DNA from: Antedon mediterranea | Taxonomy: Eukaryota; Animalia; Echinodermata | NCBI RefSeq assembly: GCF_964355755.1 | Contig: NC_092673.1 | Coordinates: 496,001 to 560,000, forward strand | Direction: 5' to 3' | DNA length: 64,000 nucleotides | Shown: positions 48,357 through 62,400 of the stretch, in pieces | Numbering within the stretch: the stretch's first letter is position 1 | Layout: each line of letters begins with the position of its first letter | Translations under genes and position numbers: made by a program | Notes under the pieces: model-generated | The model's input: the letters and a program-made list of their open reading frames with translations, nothing else | What the model was told of the DNA's origin: nothing | The model's database searches: none

Positions 48357-51300
48357 ATGTCATCATTAGGATCGCCTATACAACATCGCCCTAGTGTGGC
48401 ATCACCATTCTTATATCAACTATCAGCCGGTGAAAGGGAGCTTGACATTGTCATGCTTGATCATGGATATGCTAGGCCATGGAGTACACACCCTGATGCT
48501 AGTCATGCTAAACCAGCAAAGTGTTTGTTCGTTCCTCGTACCTTACGCTTACGGACAGACAGGACAATCATGTGAGTGTACTGTAGTTAGCATTATTATT
48601 GAATAAAAATGTTTACGCTGTCTACCGTACTTGCACAAGACAATAGATTCATTTAATATATAAATGAGAAACTGAAAATCCAAGTATATCGGTCTATCTT
48701 TCTTTCTTTTTGGCAAATTTTATAATTTCATTTATAATCTTAATAATTAAATAATAATCTTATTTACATATTTTAATGATTAACGATTTCTTGTTTCTAG
48801 AGAAAATGAGAGCAACATAGATGTGGTGAAGCTTGTTGCACCAAACCCAGTAGCTTATGATGTTGTGAAAGCAAGAACAGTAATGAATGAATGTGAACGC
48901 CATGTCAACTTTGTGAGAGCTGGTATGCAAGAACCAATCACTGATGATAATTGGGAAGAAAAACTCAACAAGTAAAGTTTAATCTTTACATTGGTGTTTA
49001 CCCTTTTTATGTAGTTAGGACTGTCTGTCTAAAGCTCTGTCTACAATATTTTGACAAAAAAGTGTGATGTGCCCAAATATGGTAGTGATATCCAAATATG
49101 GTAGTGATATGACATCATGTCCATATATGGGCACATCACATTTTTTGTCACATAAAGTTTGGGTTTCCATCTAGAGAAAATATCCTGATCTGTATTTAAT
49201 TTGCACTTGTATTATTATTTTTACTTCACATTAACTGACACTAAAATGTGGTTTCCACTAGCAACGCAACACAAGAACGTAACGCAACGCAAGTGAATTG
49301 ACCAATCACAAGCGATGGCTTATTCGCTTGTGATTGCTAACTGTATAACTTCGCTTGTCATTGGTTAAAACGCCTGCGTTGCGTTTACGTCCTTGCGTTA
49401 CGTTCTTAGGGGGAACCAAACTTAAAGTAGATTCAATCATGTTTTATATGTTTGTCTAGGACTGGCTGGACATCAGGGCAGAACAAGCTGTTTAATAAAA
49501 TAATCAAAATTCTTTCTGGAGATAGACTTGCAAGACTTACTTATGAAGGGGTGAGTATAGATATTTACATTCAGTTTGTCTTATAGTAATTGATTGTTAA
49601 TAACATTAGTAGTATAGCCTTAGTTTTTTCGTGTAGTGGTAAGGTAATTATCACTTTTTAATTTTAGACATCCAATGAACCGGTCATGCGGAGAATTCAT
49701 CTTGATAAATGTGCTAAACGTTTCAGACAAACCATGTCGGCTATTGCTTGGGTGAGTAAAGAAAGAAAGAAGTCAATTTTTGCCTGATACTGGACAGATA
49801 ATGCAATATGTGGGGATACATTGCAGAGAATTGAGCATGATTGTTTAGTACCAAGAATTTATTTTTTATGATTACATGATATATTTTGTTGCAGGACACC
49901 AAGACGACAACATGGCTGCACACAGTGCTGGTCAACAACCTAAGCTTGACCTTATTGACCATTTACCTAGACGTGCTTCAGACACTGAAATGCAAGGTTC
50001 CATCTCTGATTGATAAGATGATACATTTCTCGTCCACTATGCATCGTGGATCTGGTACCACAGTGGAAGCCCTGAACCTGCTCCTAAAGAGGCCCTGGGA
50101 CCCTGCCATCAGTACATTGAACCAACATAAAGCGGTAATTGTTCAGCTACATTGATTTAAAGATGAGATATTATATCAATTCAATTATTGATTCAAATTG
50201 AAGTTCTATTTACTATTTTTAAGAGCAATCAACGTCATTGTCATAGTCAACACAACTCCCATCCCATAGACACTGCCTATCATGAATTTTAATTTATGCA
50301 TATATTATTTTTAAATATCATTAATGACCACTGTAGACCTGTCTTGGTGGTTAACGTGCTTGCCTTCCAATTCCAAGGTCCATGGTTCAATCCTGACCTA
50401 CTGCCACTAAAATAGTTTATCCATCCTGTAATTGGCGAGTTACTCGCTGTTGGATGAGTATGAATTAAAAATAAATCAAATGTAGTAGTTAAGTTATTAT
50501 TATAGTAAACAAAAGTTAGTTATAACTTTCTTTAATTTTGTCACTCAGAAAAAACTTCCAAACTCTCCATTACTATTGCTGACCCCTAGCAGTGCACAAC
50601 ACCAATCACAATCACAGTCAAGACGTATGAAATTCTGGCATTCACAATTGTCAAACATGGGCAAGGTGGTACCGGTCACCATGCACGTGTCCAGTGGAGG
50701 GTCAGGAGTGACCCTTAGCCAGTGCCTAGAACATATGATAGGTGCTGTCAAGTCAAAGATTCTAGAGGTAAATAGTGGTGATAAGAACAAGGACGCAAAA
50801 AGGTGATAAGAACAAGGACGCAAAAACCTAGATGCAACGCAAGCCAATAAAAAGCGTTAAAAATTTTTTTTAATCCATCGCTTGTGATTAATCAACTCAC
50901 TTGCAAAACCAAGCTTTTGAAATTGCTTTGTTAGAGATTTTATTAATAATTCATTTTACATATTTCTTTTATAGCTTAAAAGCCAGTACACTAATAGGCC
51001 TATTATTCTGATTGGTTGGAATGTTGGTGCTCTTGTTGCCTGCCAGGTAAGTGTTTTATTTACCTCCGCCAAGGAGGTATATGTAATCGGTAGCATGTGT
51101 TTGTTTGTTTGTTTGTTAGCAGGATTACTCAAAAAGTAATTACAAGATCTTTACCAAAATGAATATACAGATATAGATATGTGGTCAAGGACCATTCCAT
51201 TAAATTTTGGGACCATTGTCCCAATTCTGGACCACTTTTTAGTATACTTTTCAAACCTGCTAGTGTTAAAAGATAGGACATAATTTTTCAAAAGCCGCCG

Positions 51301-54300
51301 AGCAGTCTTAAAGTAACAAGTATACTGAAATTGCATTTTCTCGAGAACTACTTGTCCAAAAAACTTCATTTTTGTACAAGAGGCAAGAGTTATAATTTGT
51401 GATTTGTAATTTTAAAACATAATTTGATTTAATGTTCACGTTTTTTGATGCCAGTAGTTTAAAAAACCTATTTTCTTTTCAAATTCACTCGTTTGATTTT
51501 CGCGTTGCTGTTCTATTGTTAGTCAACTGAAGCCATTGTTAATTGAAAGGCTTGTTACATAACCATTACACCAAACTCGCATACACATGCTTGTAGTGAA
51601 ATTAGCCTAAATCACAAACAGCATTAAGACACACACAAATATATATATTTTTTTTTTACCGGAGAAATCTTAGAATTTTACAGTAGGCGGAGGTATGCAC
51701 TCTCGGAGTGGCTTTCTAGTTTAGTGTGTGCTTAAACAAATAAAAATAAGCGTTGAACAATTGTAGATGTGAATTGTTTTAAAATATTCTGACCTCTTAG
51801 CACAGCTATGAACCCCAACAGATAAATCAATTTAATGCAGCATACCTTAAAGCTCTGTCTACACTATCAAACTAGTTTGACAAAAAAGTGTGATATGACC
51901 AAATATGGTATTGATATGACCAAATATGGTATTGATATGACCAAATATGGTAGTGATATACCCAAATATGGTAGTGATATGATATGTCCATATATGGGCA
52001 CATAAAGTTTGATAGTGTAGACCATGCTTAACATTTTTTGTTTTAAGGTTGCCTTAACAGACATTGTATCTGGTGTGGTGTGCCTTGGTTTCCCATCTAT
52101 GGGTATTGATGGAATTAGAGGGGTAAGCTATGACAATCATTTACTTTAGGAAAGTGGATAATGATTCATTGATATCAATAAAATAATATGGCACAAGTTG
52201 GAGTTGAAGATTTAATTTGATGTAAAACATAAAAGAGGTGTGGATTGCATTCTCAAATGGCAATTGAAATTTGCAGTTCTGGTAACGACAAAAAACAGTA
52301 TTGGTTTTCACAGATTTCCTCATCTTTATCATTTCAAATTAGTTAATTAAATTTCAGTATATCACCGGGCGGTTTAGAATTAATGTTCTTTGCCTGATTT
52401 GTTTATATATATATGCACAAATAAATACTATAGATGTATTAATATATAGATGGTTGAGGACCCCTTATTGGACAGCAAAATACCAACCCTATTTGTGATT
52501 GGACAAGATTCCAGTGTATCCAATCAGGATGACATCGAGGATATTCGTGAACATATGAAAGCCGAGACAAGTTTAGTTGTCGTCGGAGGAGCAGATGAAT
52601 TCTTGAGGATGAGTCGGACTAAGAAGAAACTTGAGGGTCTCACTCAGAGTATGGTAGATAGGTGCATTCAGGTAAGATACATTGTCAATCTACATTCTGT
52701 ATATACATATTATACTTATTATTATTTATGTTGTACATCATACAAAACACTGGTGTTAGCGCCCCATTAACGAAAGAATTAATTTATAAAAACTTTACTG
52801 TATTTAAAAATATATACATGTTGTGATTTATGGGATTCTTCATAATAGTTAAAGTTATATGTTTATATATTAAATAAATGTAAAAACTGCATACGATCCC
52901 ATTTTGAGGAGTTGTTGCTTAAAAGTACACTTTAGTAGTTTTTTTTTAATTTTAGGATGAAATGTTTGAGTTCCTACATTCTGTGCTTACATCAACGCCA
53001 TCTCCCAAGACAGAAAAACCAGCCACAACCGAGAGTGAATCCAGTAAAAAAAAGGATAAAAAGAAGAAAGTTCAGCGAGATTTAATTGGAGACCTAAGAG
53101 GAACCCCGGGTAGTAGTAAACATTCTGCCAGCCAATCCAGCATGGGACAAGTTAGTTCTTTTCTTTTTCAAATAATGTTCAAATTGTCAATGAACATTTT
53201 AACATAGTACAAGTGCCACATGTGATGTATATGTAAAGCTCTACACTATCTACACTATCAAACAAGTCTGACGAAGAAAGTGTGATGTGCCCAAATATGG
53301 CAGTGATAAACATCATATAAAGTTTGATAGTGTAGACAGAGCTTTACACTGTATTACAGGATTTAGATACAGTATGATACTGGACATATACAGTAATACC
53401 ATATGTGGAGATACAAGGAATCAGGGGCATTTCACTTTGTAAGTGTTTTAAGCTTCTTGACGTTTCAATCAATATGCTATGATCAGGAATGAGAGTGTAG
53501 ATAGTCCATAATAAAATTTATCACCATAAAATAATAATTATATTTGAAATAAATTTGTTTTTTTAGGGACTTTCTCGGATTCCAGGAACTCCAAAATCTA
53601 TTAAACTTCCGAAAGAAAAATCCACTTCTCTGTCACAACAAGACATTTTTGTAGCTCAATATGCACAATACCTGGCTAGTACACGCAAAAAGAAAGAGGA
53701 GGGTAAGTAGACTTAATGATTGGAGTTGTGGCTTGGTGAGTATGATGCTTAGCTGTCAGTCCAAGGGTCCTGGGTTCAAGTCCTGTCATATGTAAGGATT
53801 TTTTCTAATGACAAATTATAACTCAACTCCCAAAGACTTGCAATAAGACTTTGTTTATGCAGAGCATCTTGTGTATATGTTTGTCTTGTGAACGGGATTG
53901 CCACCTTTAAGAAGGATGGTGAATGAATGATGTTGGCAATTTGGATAAATATATAAAAACAAAAATTTTACAATTTACTCTACCATTTCGTTTATAATTT
54001 GCTGCTCAGTTTCTGAGTGTTGAATTTATTAATTTTGTTGCCATCTAAAAAAAATATATGCTTACTTTCTTATTTTTAAGGAAAAGGTAAAACAAGTTTG
54101 AAAAGAAAGAGTAAATCATCCGAGTCATCAAGCAGTAAAGCAAAACAAGGTAAAATATCAGAATTTCCTCAAGAGTCAACATCAAAACCAACATCAAAAC
54201 CAACTTCCGTTCCAATGCCAGTACCGATACCAGTACCGATGCCAAAACCTTCTGGTGTTAACATCTCCACGCTGGGTCTCACTCAAAGTGTAACCTTGAC

Positions 54301-55600
54301 AACTGGTACCTCTACAAAAAAACTTTGCCACTTGCAATCTTTGGGGGCGCTAAACACGCAAAATTCACACAGCAGTATTCTGCAAGGTCTGAGTTATAAT
54401 CTGCAAAACAGGAGCTTAGCGAGTCCCACTGATACAACAGTCTTGGATGGCATGCTTGAAAATACACCATTATCACCGTTAAAACCACCGCTGGTGTCAA
54501 CACCAAAGAAACCACCAGCTGTGGTTCCTTCGACATCATTGCCAACTGGTGCTTCAGGATTGTTATTGGCAGCAGCCTCTACGTCCACTACATCAGGAAG
54601 CATATTGTTGTCGAAGATGCCAGGCGGAGGCACCATGACATCTGCTTCGAAAACTGACACGCCACAAACCACAGCGCAGCTCAAAACCACAAAGGTTTCA
54701 TCAGAAGTAGCTCTTCAAGCTCTCATTGCAGCTCAAGCGCAGCCTACTGCTATCCTTTCGCCCATGAAGACTGGGATAACACCCGATATCTATGATGCAC
54801 GTATTCAGGCAATTCAAAAGCTACAGTTTCATGACTTTCCTCTAACCACTGCTTCACTACTTGTTAACAAGGGAGCTACTTCGTCTTTTACTCAAGCAAA
54901 GATTCTGTCAAATATGCAACAACAGCAAAATATTGAGAAAATAACAATGACGAAAGCTGAAACAACCACTAGTATTTTAACATCAATGGCGCCTTCATCA
55001 AAATCCTCCTACTCCGTGCAGTTGCCGTCAGTTGCCATGAAGAAGCTTGATGCAAATGCCATCGTTGGCACAGCACCATCTGCGGCATCTTTACTGGTGC
55101 CAACTGAAGTATTATCTATGAAAAAGAGCGAAGCAACTGCTCTTAGAATAGCTTTGACATCTCAGCCGACAGTCCGGTTATCGGTAACAGATCAGTTATT
55201 GGCGGAAAACTCTCGGGCCGCATTGTCAACAGAGAGTACAAACTTAAATCTAGATTCTCATACAATGTCACTTTTGACTCAACTTCCATCTTTGATGGCT
55301 GAAGATGAAACTACTACGCCTGAACAAAAAGTTCACAAATTGGAACATTTGGAAAAACTTAAAGAAGTAACACCCCAAGAAGAAAAGTCTCAACAGAAAA
55401 ATCTCAAGGAAGATGATCTGAAAGAAGAAGAACTATTGAAAAATGACGTCAATAAAGAGGCTTTAAATATGTCGTCCTCATCCTCAACATCCTCCTGTAG
55501 TTCTCTAGATACAGAGAGTCTGCCAACAGTTTCTCTTTTCACTGCAACCAGAACAAGACGTGTCCGGGCTCCAAAGTCCTTCTCTGACTATACTGAATAA
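48357..55600 (+). CDS. KANSL3: KAT8 regulatory NSL complex subunit 3 (alpha/beta-hydrolase-like fold plus long S/T/P-rich tail), 12 coding exons, 1079 aa
   Basis: join(48357..48571,48801..48971,49460..49550,49668..49751,49895..50134,50549..50767,50975..51046,52048..52122,52450..52671,52956..53150,53567..53702,54081..55600). GT-AG, phases match, 3240 nt. Peptides [71 protein letters not shown] and [15 protein letters not shown] match KANSL3. Confidence 0.96.
49033..49161. mobile_element. MITE family A copy, right end truncated (KANSL3 intron)
   Basis: Left TIR AGCTCTGTCTACA plus family core. Confidence 0.75.
49245..49422. mobile_element. MITE family B copy (KANSL3 intron)
   Basis: Near-identical to 42219-42397; TAA on both sides. 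Confidence 0.88.
50341..50475 (+). mobile_element. tRNA-derived SINE, second family, internally deleted
   Basis: Head and 3' end are homologous to 26233-26455. Confidence 0.7.
51056..51721 (+). mobile_element. Helentron-associated non-autonomous element (HINE/DINE-1-like)
   Basis: TACCTCCGCC-AA-GGAGGTA head, (GTTT)n microsatellite, 3' GGCGGAGGTA subterminal IR, CACTC-TCG-GAGTG stem-loop, terminal CTAGTT. Inserted ~10 nt after a KANSL3 donor. Confidence 0.85.
51851..52028. mobile_element. MITE family A copy with internal 21-bp tandem expansion
   Basis: TIRs present with TAA on both flanks; about four internal copies of GATATGACCAAATATGGTA(T/G)T. Confidence 0.85.
53237..53343. mobile_element. 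MITE family A copy, internally deleted
   Basis: AGCTCT...CTACACTATCAAA ... TTTGATAGTGTAGACAGAGCT. Confidence 0.8.
53722..53930 (+). mobile_element. tRNA-derived SINE-like element
   Basis: TGGCTTGGTGAG A box, GGTTCAAGTCC B box, (TGAA)n tail. Confidence 0.55.
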
Positions 55601-58600
55601 AAAACTATATTATTATATATATTATATATAATTTTTTTTTTCAAATTTCTGTACAAACTGGTCTCTGATTTTTGCATAGAGATTTAGTAGGTAAAACCTA
55701 TAGTAGGGTTTTCTAAACAATCGTTTACATTTTTATAGATAAATATATAGCAACAATAACAATAAAATACATAATTCAAGACACAAATTATTTCTGGGAT
55801 TCGAAATGTTTCAATAACTCAATACTGTAAATAATAAATAGGTTAAAATTTGAATTTTATCGCGATTCGACGTTTTTTAAATAATCATATGCTAATGTTC
55901 ACTTTGATGTGTACGATTCCCTTGAGAGTTGTAAACGTACGTTATCTGTCTAATCGACTCAAGTGGCTGCAGCACGCATCACTGGGTTTCTTTATATGAG
56001 ATCTCTGAATTGAATACAATAGGCTACGAGCGTTTCCATTGATTCATGCTAAGCAGCCACAGATGTCAAAACCTACCACCTGTGAATTCAAACTCCTCGT
56101 CCTTCTTTCTCAATTGTTAATCTCGAATATTATCATATATTATGCGATTCCTTTGTTCCATTTGTATTTTATACTATTCATTATTTCAGATTCTTTGTAT
56201 TTTTAAAAGATGGGATAACTTAAAAAAGAATGAGTTTTAAATTGGTTCCAAATGTTTTTGAAAAAATAGGCCTATGGTTAAACAGTGTTTGGTAAAAAAA
56301 CAAAAGGGGCATACATGTCGTAATTGAGTAATCATTAAATGTGTCGTTTAAAAAAAAAATGGTTGAATTTTTCAAGTTGATAAATTTAAATATATATATT
56401 TTTAGATAGTTATCAATGATATATACCACACCAGATGACCGCTCTCTACGCGTCGTACACTTAAGTATTAAGTATCTCAACACTTGGGTTGTCTGTGAAA
56501 ACTCTGTGTGAAATAAACACTCAATTATTTGTATGTGCGCCGAGATAACACCAACATATCCATGTTTAATGTTTGTTTCTCGCCAAACGACGCGTAAGTG
56601 TTTGCCTATCCGCTTGGGGATGACGATGATAATTGTTTTGGCCCGCAGCCGACGGCCAAAACTAACCGTCTTAATTTAATTACGAAGCAGATAATATGGG
56701 TGTTAGGCACAGAGACCCGGCAAAAGTGCCACCTGTGGTCAATCGCATCTTCATTGAAATTTACCAGAAGCTTTAGATGTGTCAATTTCCTTAAGAACCT
56801 CGCCATAATCTATTAAATATACGTTTTTAGTGGACACCCTATATACCGTGGAGGCTATCCTGATTTGAGGTTTGTTAGGCTAAAACCGAATCATAATTTC
56901 CGCCATAATATATAGCAGGCGATGAGAGAAATATCCAGCGTCAAAAGGGAAGAGAGTTAATAGCTGCGTTGTTTCATTTCCAATCATTCACGACTTGGAC
57001 AAACTTTGTAACAGTTTTAGATAATTTGTTGTTTATCAGATTTAAATTCGTTATCCCATTTGCTGACGTGCTGCTAAAATGAATTATGAACAATATGTGA
57101 TCAAATAATTTTTATTTTTAAATTGAACAGCGATGAAAATGAATAATATGATGTCAAAAATCAACATCCTCCGTACTCAGCGTGGTCAATATACATTATT
57201 AAGTATAATGCTATACGCAATTGTGATTGGTTGAAAGTATTCAGCTTGAACGTAATCCGAGACGCTTACTAAAGAATAGATTATTAGGCCTAAGGTTTTT
57301 GACGTTGAATGTCCGATAAATAAAAGCACTCATCCAAAAATGTAGAGAGTAAATTACAGGTTTTATAAAACTGTAAAGAACAATAAGAACTGGGGTAATG
57401 CTAGCTGTGTTTTGAAAATAATAAAATGACGTAGTTTTGTAGTTTAAAAATAATCTGCCGTGATTTATTTCGAACTTCAGTAGCCACAATTAAACATAAA
57501 CCTACTTTTTGATTTCAACCACCCATACCTTTAGTGATGACATGATTGTTATAAAATGTCACGTTTTGAGTTTTACGAGTCATTAATTGTAAAAGGGTCT
57601 ACTACATACACCTAACGCACCTGGTAGTGCTTGACTTCTGGGTCAAACAAGCATTTTCGTCGGCCTAGGAAAAGAGCCAATTCTTTTACAGGCTTAAGTC
57701 AAACTTCCTGCGAGTTTCTTCGGAAGAGATGATGTATTTAAAAGGTTAATCAGCAAATAGTAAACACTGGCTTCTTTTTTAGCCAACAAATTATGTTGAG
57801 TTTCTTGGCGCTAGTTATGTTTTGTTTTATCAATGGTTTTATTTGATTAAAAACACGTTTCAGCAACAATAATTACCTATAGAGAGTTTAGAGGTGAAAC
57901 ATTAATTGGGGGCTACGTGCCGTTTATAATCGTGAATCTTGGGAGATTTAAGATTAATTTAGCAAGTTCGTGAAAAGGTAGCTTACGATTGTAAACTTTA
58001 TATAAAACGGTTACTGAATGAGAGGGTTGAAAGTGGTCCGAGTAGCTTTGACATGCGACGGTATTTCGACGCGCGCGCTTTCGACAACGAACACGCACAC
58101 TATGCACGGTTGCGCTTGGTGTTAAAATGGGTACAAATGACATTTTCTTTTTCACGTTCCCTATCGACATTTAGGAACAATCGTACGTATGATGTATTTG
58201 TGGCTGGGACGCGTTTATAACACGTTTAAGCGAACACGTGTCGCGTATACAACTTTCAACTTGTAGCTTCTGGAATAGTGTTCATTTAATATGTTTGGGC
58301 AGTTTCGCGGTATTGTCGCTGTCATCGGTATAGCGCAGCCTATCAGCTGTTAACTTTGTATTTAAATTTAGCCTCTGTTACACTCATGACCAGACGTCTG
58401 GCAGTGTTATCAGCTACCCTCGTCGTCTTGAAAAACGTTTTCATGCCAACTAAATGTGTAAAGTTACTTTCGATTCTAAGTAATACTGAATATTTATGAA
58501 TGTCGCCTATATAATACAAAATTAACTTGCTGGATGGGCCTAAAGCATGGGTCCCACTTGAACGCCGACGCAAGTGAGTTGACCAATCCCCGCCTCTTGA

Positions 58601-59368
58601 AGTAGGCTAAATCAACAATTTGAGACAAAAAAACGATATTTTTGGCTTAAATTAATATAATTGTGGATGTTCGTTATGATTAGTCTGTATACAATGATTT
58701 ATCTAGGCTATAGTATTATATTATACAGGTCTAATGTTATGGTACTTGAATGCGTTATGGAATCTTTCCATCTCGATAATCTTTGTAACAATTTATTTCC
58801 TAAGGAAATGTTGATCTAAATACATAATTTGTTTAGCATAATTAATATGCACTCGTCCTCAATTCATCTGCCTCCTGATATAATCACTATAGCAGCAGCG
58901 TAATGCTCATTCGCTACCAGAATTCACCAGCGTGTCTAATGCCTGCTTAGTTGATTATTTGTGTTCACATGCCAAACACAGTTGTATTCTTGTTTTTAAT
59001 CCAAGCGCGTAAAATGCAATCTGTTTCCCGGCAGCGGTCGGTGTGCCGTCTGCGCATTATCAATATTTCCAGATGCGCGCTTTATTTATCAATCTGTTTA
59101 TTTCATGTTTGGTTTGATTAATACATGTCGGTCTTCGTGTTTTTAATTCGGTCATTCTATGAATGAATTATACATTATGAAAAAAGCACTTACATTATAT
59201 ATTAAAAACCATTGTCAAATGCGAATGCGTACCATTGATTTTGTTTTATAACAGTGTTATGCAAATATGAAGAACAATGATTTTACATTTTATTATCGCA
59301 CATAATCGATCGCAACAACTACATACGATTTTATTATAGACATTATCGTTGAGAAAATGATCTCTGGG

Positions 59369-59452
59369 TAGTTGAGAGTTGACGTGTTGAGAGTTGACGC
59401 GTTGAGAGTTGACGTGTTTAGAATTGACGCGTTTAGAGTTGACGCACACGCC
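59369..59452. repeat. 15-bp tandem repeat, 5 copies
   Basis: GTT(G/T)AGA(G/A)TTGACG(T/C) x5, ending in GCACACGCC; possibly a solitary foldback-MITE end. Confidence 0.85.
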
Positions 59453-62400
59453 ATGTACATTACGTGGTGTCACTTGCGTATATCGATTTTAATTAAAATC
59501 CAAGGCCAGTTTAAAATGAAGTTCAATACATTAGTTTCCTTATACGTCTGTGAATAATAGGGTATATATTTATAAATTATAATCGGATTAAAAATACGTA
59601 AATCTGAAATACGACTTACTGTAAGTATTACTATATACATTTAGGTCAAATTCTTTTTTTTTATTTTAATTTTTTTCTACTGGATATTACAATAGATAAT
59701 TGAAATGTAGTATATGTTTACTATGGAACGCCACCTGCTTGATAAAATATATACGACATAATAATATGATTGTAGGAAATGTAGTATGGAACGCCACCTG
59801 TTTGATTGGATTAGTTGTACCAATAACCAATAAAATAAACAAACAAAAAAACAAAATCAAGCTATTATCTTTTTTAAAAAGGTATGAAAATACTAAATAG
59901 ATATGAGGTATCCATCATACTCTTAGAAACAAATCATATAACATTGATTGATGGAATAATTTTGGTGACGAGCCAACGGATTAATAATGTCACTCATAAT
60001 GTCGCCCGTATCACTCATTTGTCACTTAGACGTAAATACATGTCACACAATGTCATATGCTACACATGTTAGATTTCAATATCACTATGTGTATATGATT
60101 GCCACCAACGTGTCACTCGTATAACTCAATTATCACCCTGCACGATTTTGGATCAAAATCTCAATCAAAATAATTCCCTGAATTTAGGTTTTTCATATTG
60201 ATATAGTTTAAAAAGTGATGAGGTATATTTTGCGAAGCCATTGAAGACAAATAGCTTCAGTGATTGGATTATCAGAACCTACATTCGAATTAGTTGATCA
60301 TAATGGGATACGGAAAAAAACTCTCGTCTCGATAAGAAAATTATTATGTAGTGTTTGTTATTTTTTGATATTCCTAACAATGGCTTCAATAACTGAATAG
60401 ACACGCTAATCAAAAACGGCTGTAGGCTTGCTTATTTCAAACTCGACAGGTGTCTTTTCGTCTCTGTCTTCCTCCATCCATCATCCATATTATGAACCAA
60501 CATAATTAGCCTATAGGCTAATAATTATTCGTACAACTTATGCATGAAAATCGGCCTCAGGATTGAAGCTCATACTTCGGTTAGCGTTGTTCTCGGGGAA
60601 TATTGCCTTTTGAATGGCACATCAAATCGTACTCACGTGGCGTCATACTTTCATCTTTAACGCGACACGCGTACGTACGTAAGCGCTTCATTGTGTGACA
60701 CACCTACCTACCTGTACACAAATCACACGTATTCTTCCGCTCATCAGCATAATCTAGACACATCCTCTACTATACGCGCGCGCATCGGCCTTAATTTCTT
60801 CCTGTGTCGAAACGGTTGTGTTTAACGGCACGCCCTTCGCGTAAATATTTACATAAATCCAGGCGTTCTATAGGCCTACCTTTTATTTTACTTATCGGCA
60901 CATTCTGACGCGCAATACTGGAGAATCATGAAAGCATTTAAAAAAAAGCGAGAGTTTCATCAATTAAGTTCAGATTAATTTTTATAAAACCTGTTAATAT
61001 ACAAAGCGTCGATATTCTTTCAGTGATAAATGTTTAAAAACACGGAAACGAGTAATTAAGCCTGTGAATAAGACCTGTGTACATCGTTTATGCAGATAAT
61101 AATATCGTAATTATTATAACTTGGAACTTATCAATTTGATAACGTCGCTTAATGAGAAAAGCACGCTTAACGGTCTCTCTACTTATAATACAAAGTAGAG
61201 TGACGTTGATTAATGCTTCGACTCTCTTTACAGGAGAGAGAAGACATGAACATCTGTAAAGCGCTTGATGCGTTACTCATAGATGTTTCCACTTCAACTG
61301 TTTTAATAATGAAAATATTCAGTAGCGAGAATGATAATAAACAATAGACAGCTGTTAAAGGATATTATGTAATAGGATCATTGCTTCAACAAAAACCGAC
61401 GCAAAATATTATCCAATATTTTTCAATGAATGTGTTATCAATATTGATATATTCTCTGTATTTCAATGCTGCTAACACGGTTGAATTTAATTTATGTTGA
61501 TGACATGAATAATATACTAAGTACTAATACTGTAAGCCTACTATAATGTATATTTTCATCATTTCGGTGCACGTTGATTTTAAAGCCTATTTTCCACAGG
61601 CGAAATAGTTCGCGCGAATCGAAAGCGCCAGCTTATACGCATGCGTATTCCTGTTTTCATCTTCCCCATCCTTCTTGCGACGACGCAACCAAATATTTAA
61701 CCAATTACTGTTGTCGCTTCGGGTGTCAACTCACTTTTGCGTTGCGCCACGTCGTTGCGTTGGGAACTAAAACCGTGTTTTTCGGCGCATTACAATCTAA
61801 ATTCATTGCAAATATTTTGTTTAATGTGTTCATTAAAAGCGAATCGAATAACATTTTATTTCCTCATGAACCTGTTCCCTTGGCAATTTGCAATCAAACA
61901 GACTTTTGCCTATTAAGATGTTTTTATATTTTTAAAAAGTGATAATAAAACCATGAATTGAATCGATATGAATAGCGCATTGTATTCCTTATTATTGAAT
62001 TGGAGACTCAACTCCGATACGTCATAACAGTACAATCATTTTTACTTTATTATTATTTTTTGTATAAACGTAAAATTGACCTTTAAATAGTTGTTAATAT
62101 AGGATAGAATAATAATATTTTTTATATATGAAATGATTAATATTATTGTCTTCGATGGTTTACAAATTCTATATTCGCCATTATAAAGATATGTTTTCTT
62201 GAGACCCATTCGAATTCACTTCAAGAAAAGCGCCCATCGGACTCATACTCGGATACATTGTTATAATTATCATAAAGGAAGTTCATTTTACTTCCTCATG
62301 GTTATATCAAGTACGTTAGTTTAGTCTGATTTCGAGCGCCTGATTTAAAACGCTAAATAACGCGACAGTTCAGTGGCCGTTCACAATGCTCATCAACGAT

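Noticed and set aside
22901-55600. U12-type or non-canonical introns; stop-codon readthrough
   Set aside because: All reconstructed introns are ordinary GT-AG with no GTATCCTT donor; EXOC6 ends in tandem TGA TGA; no readthrough context seen.
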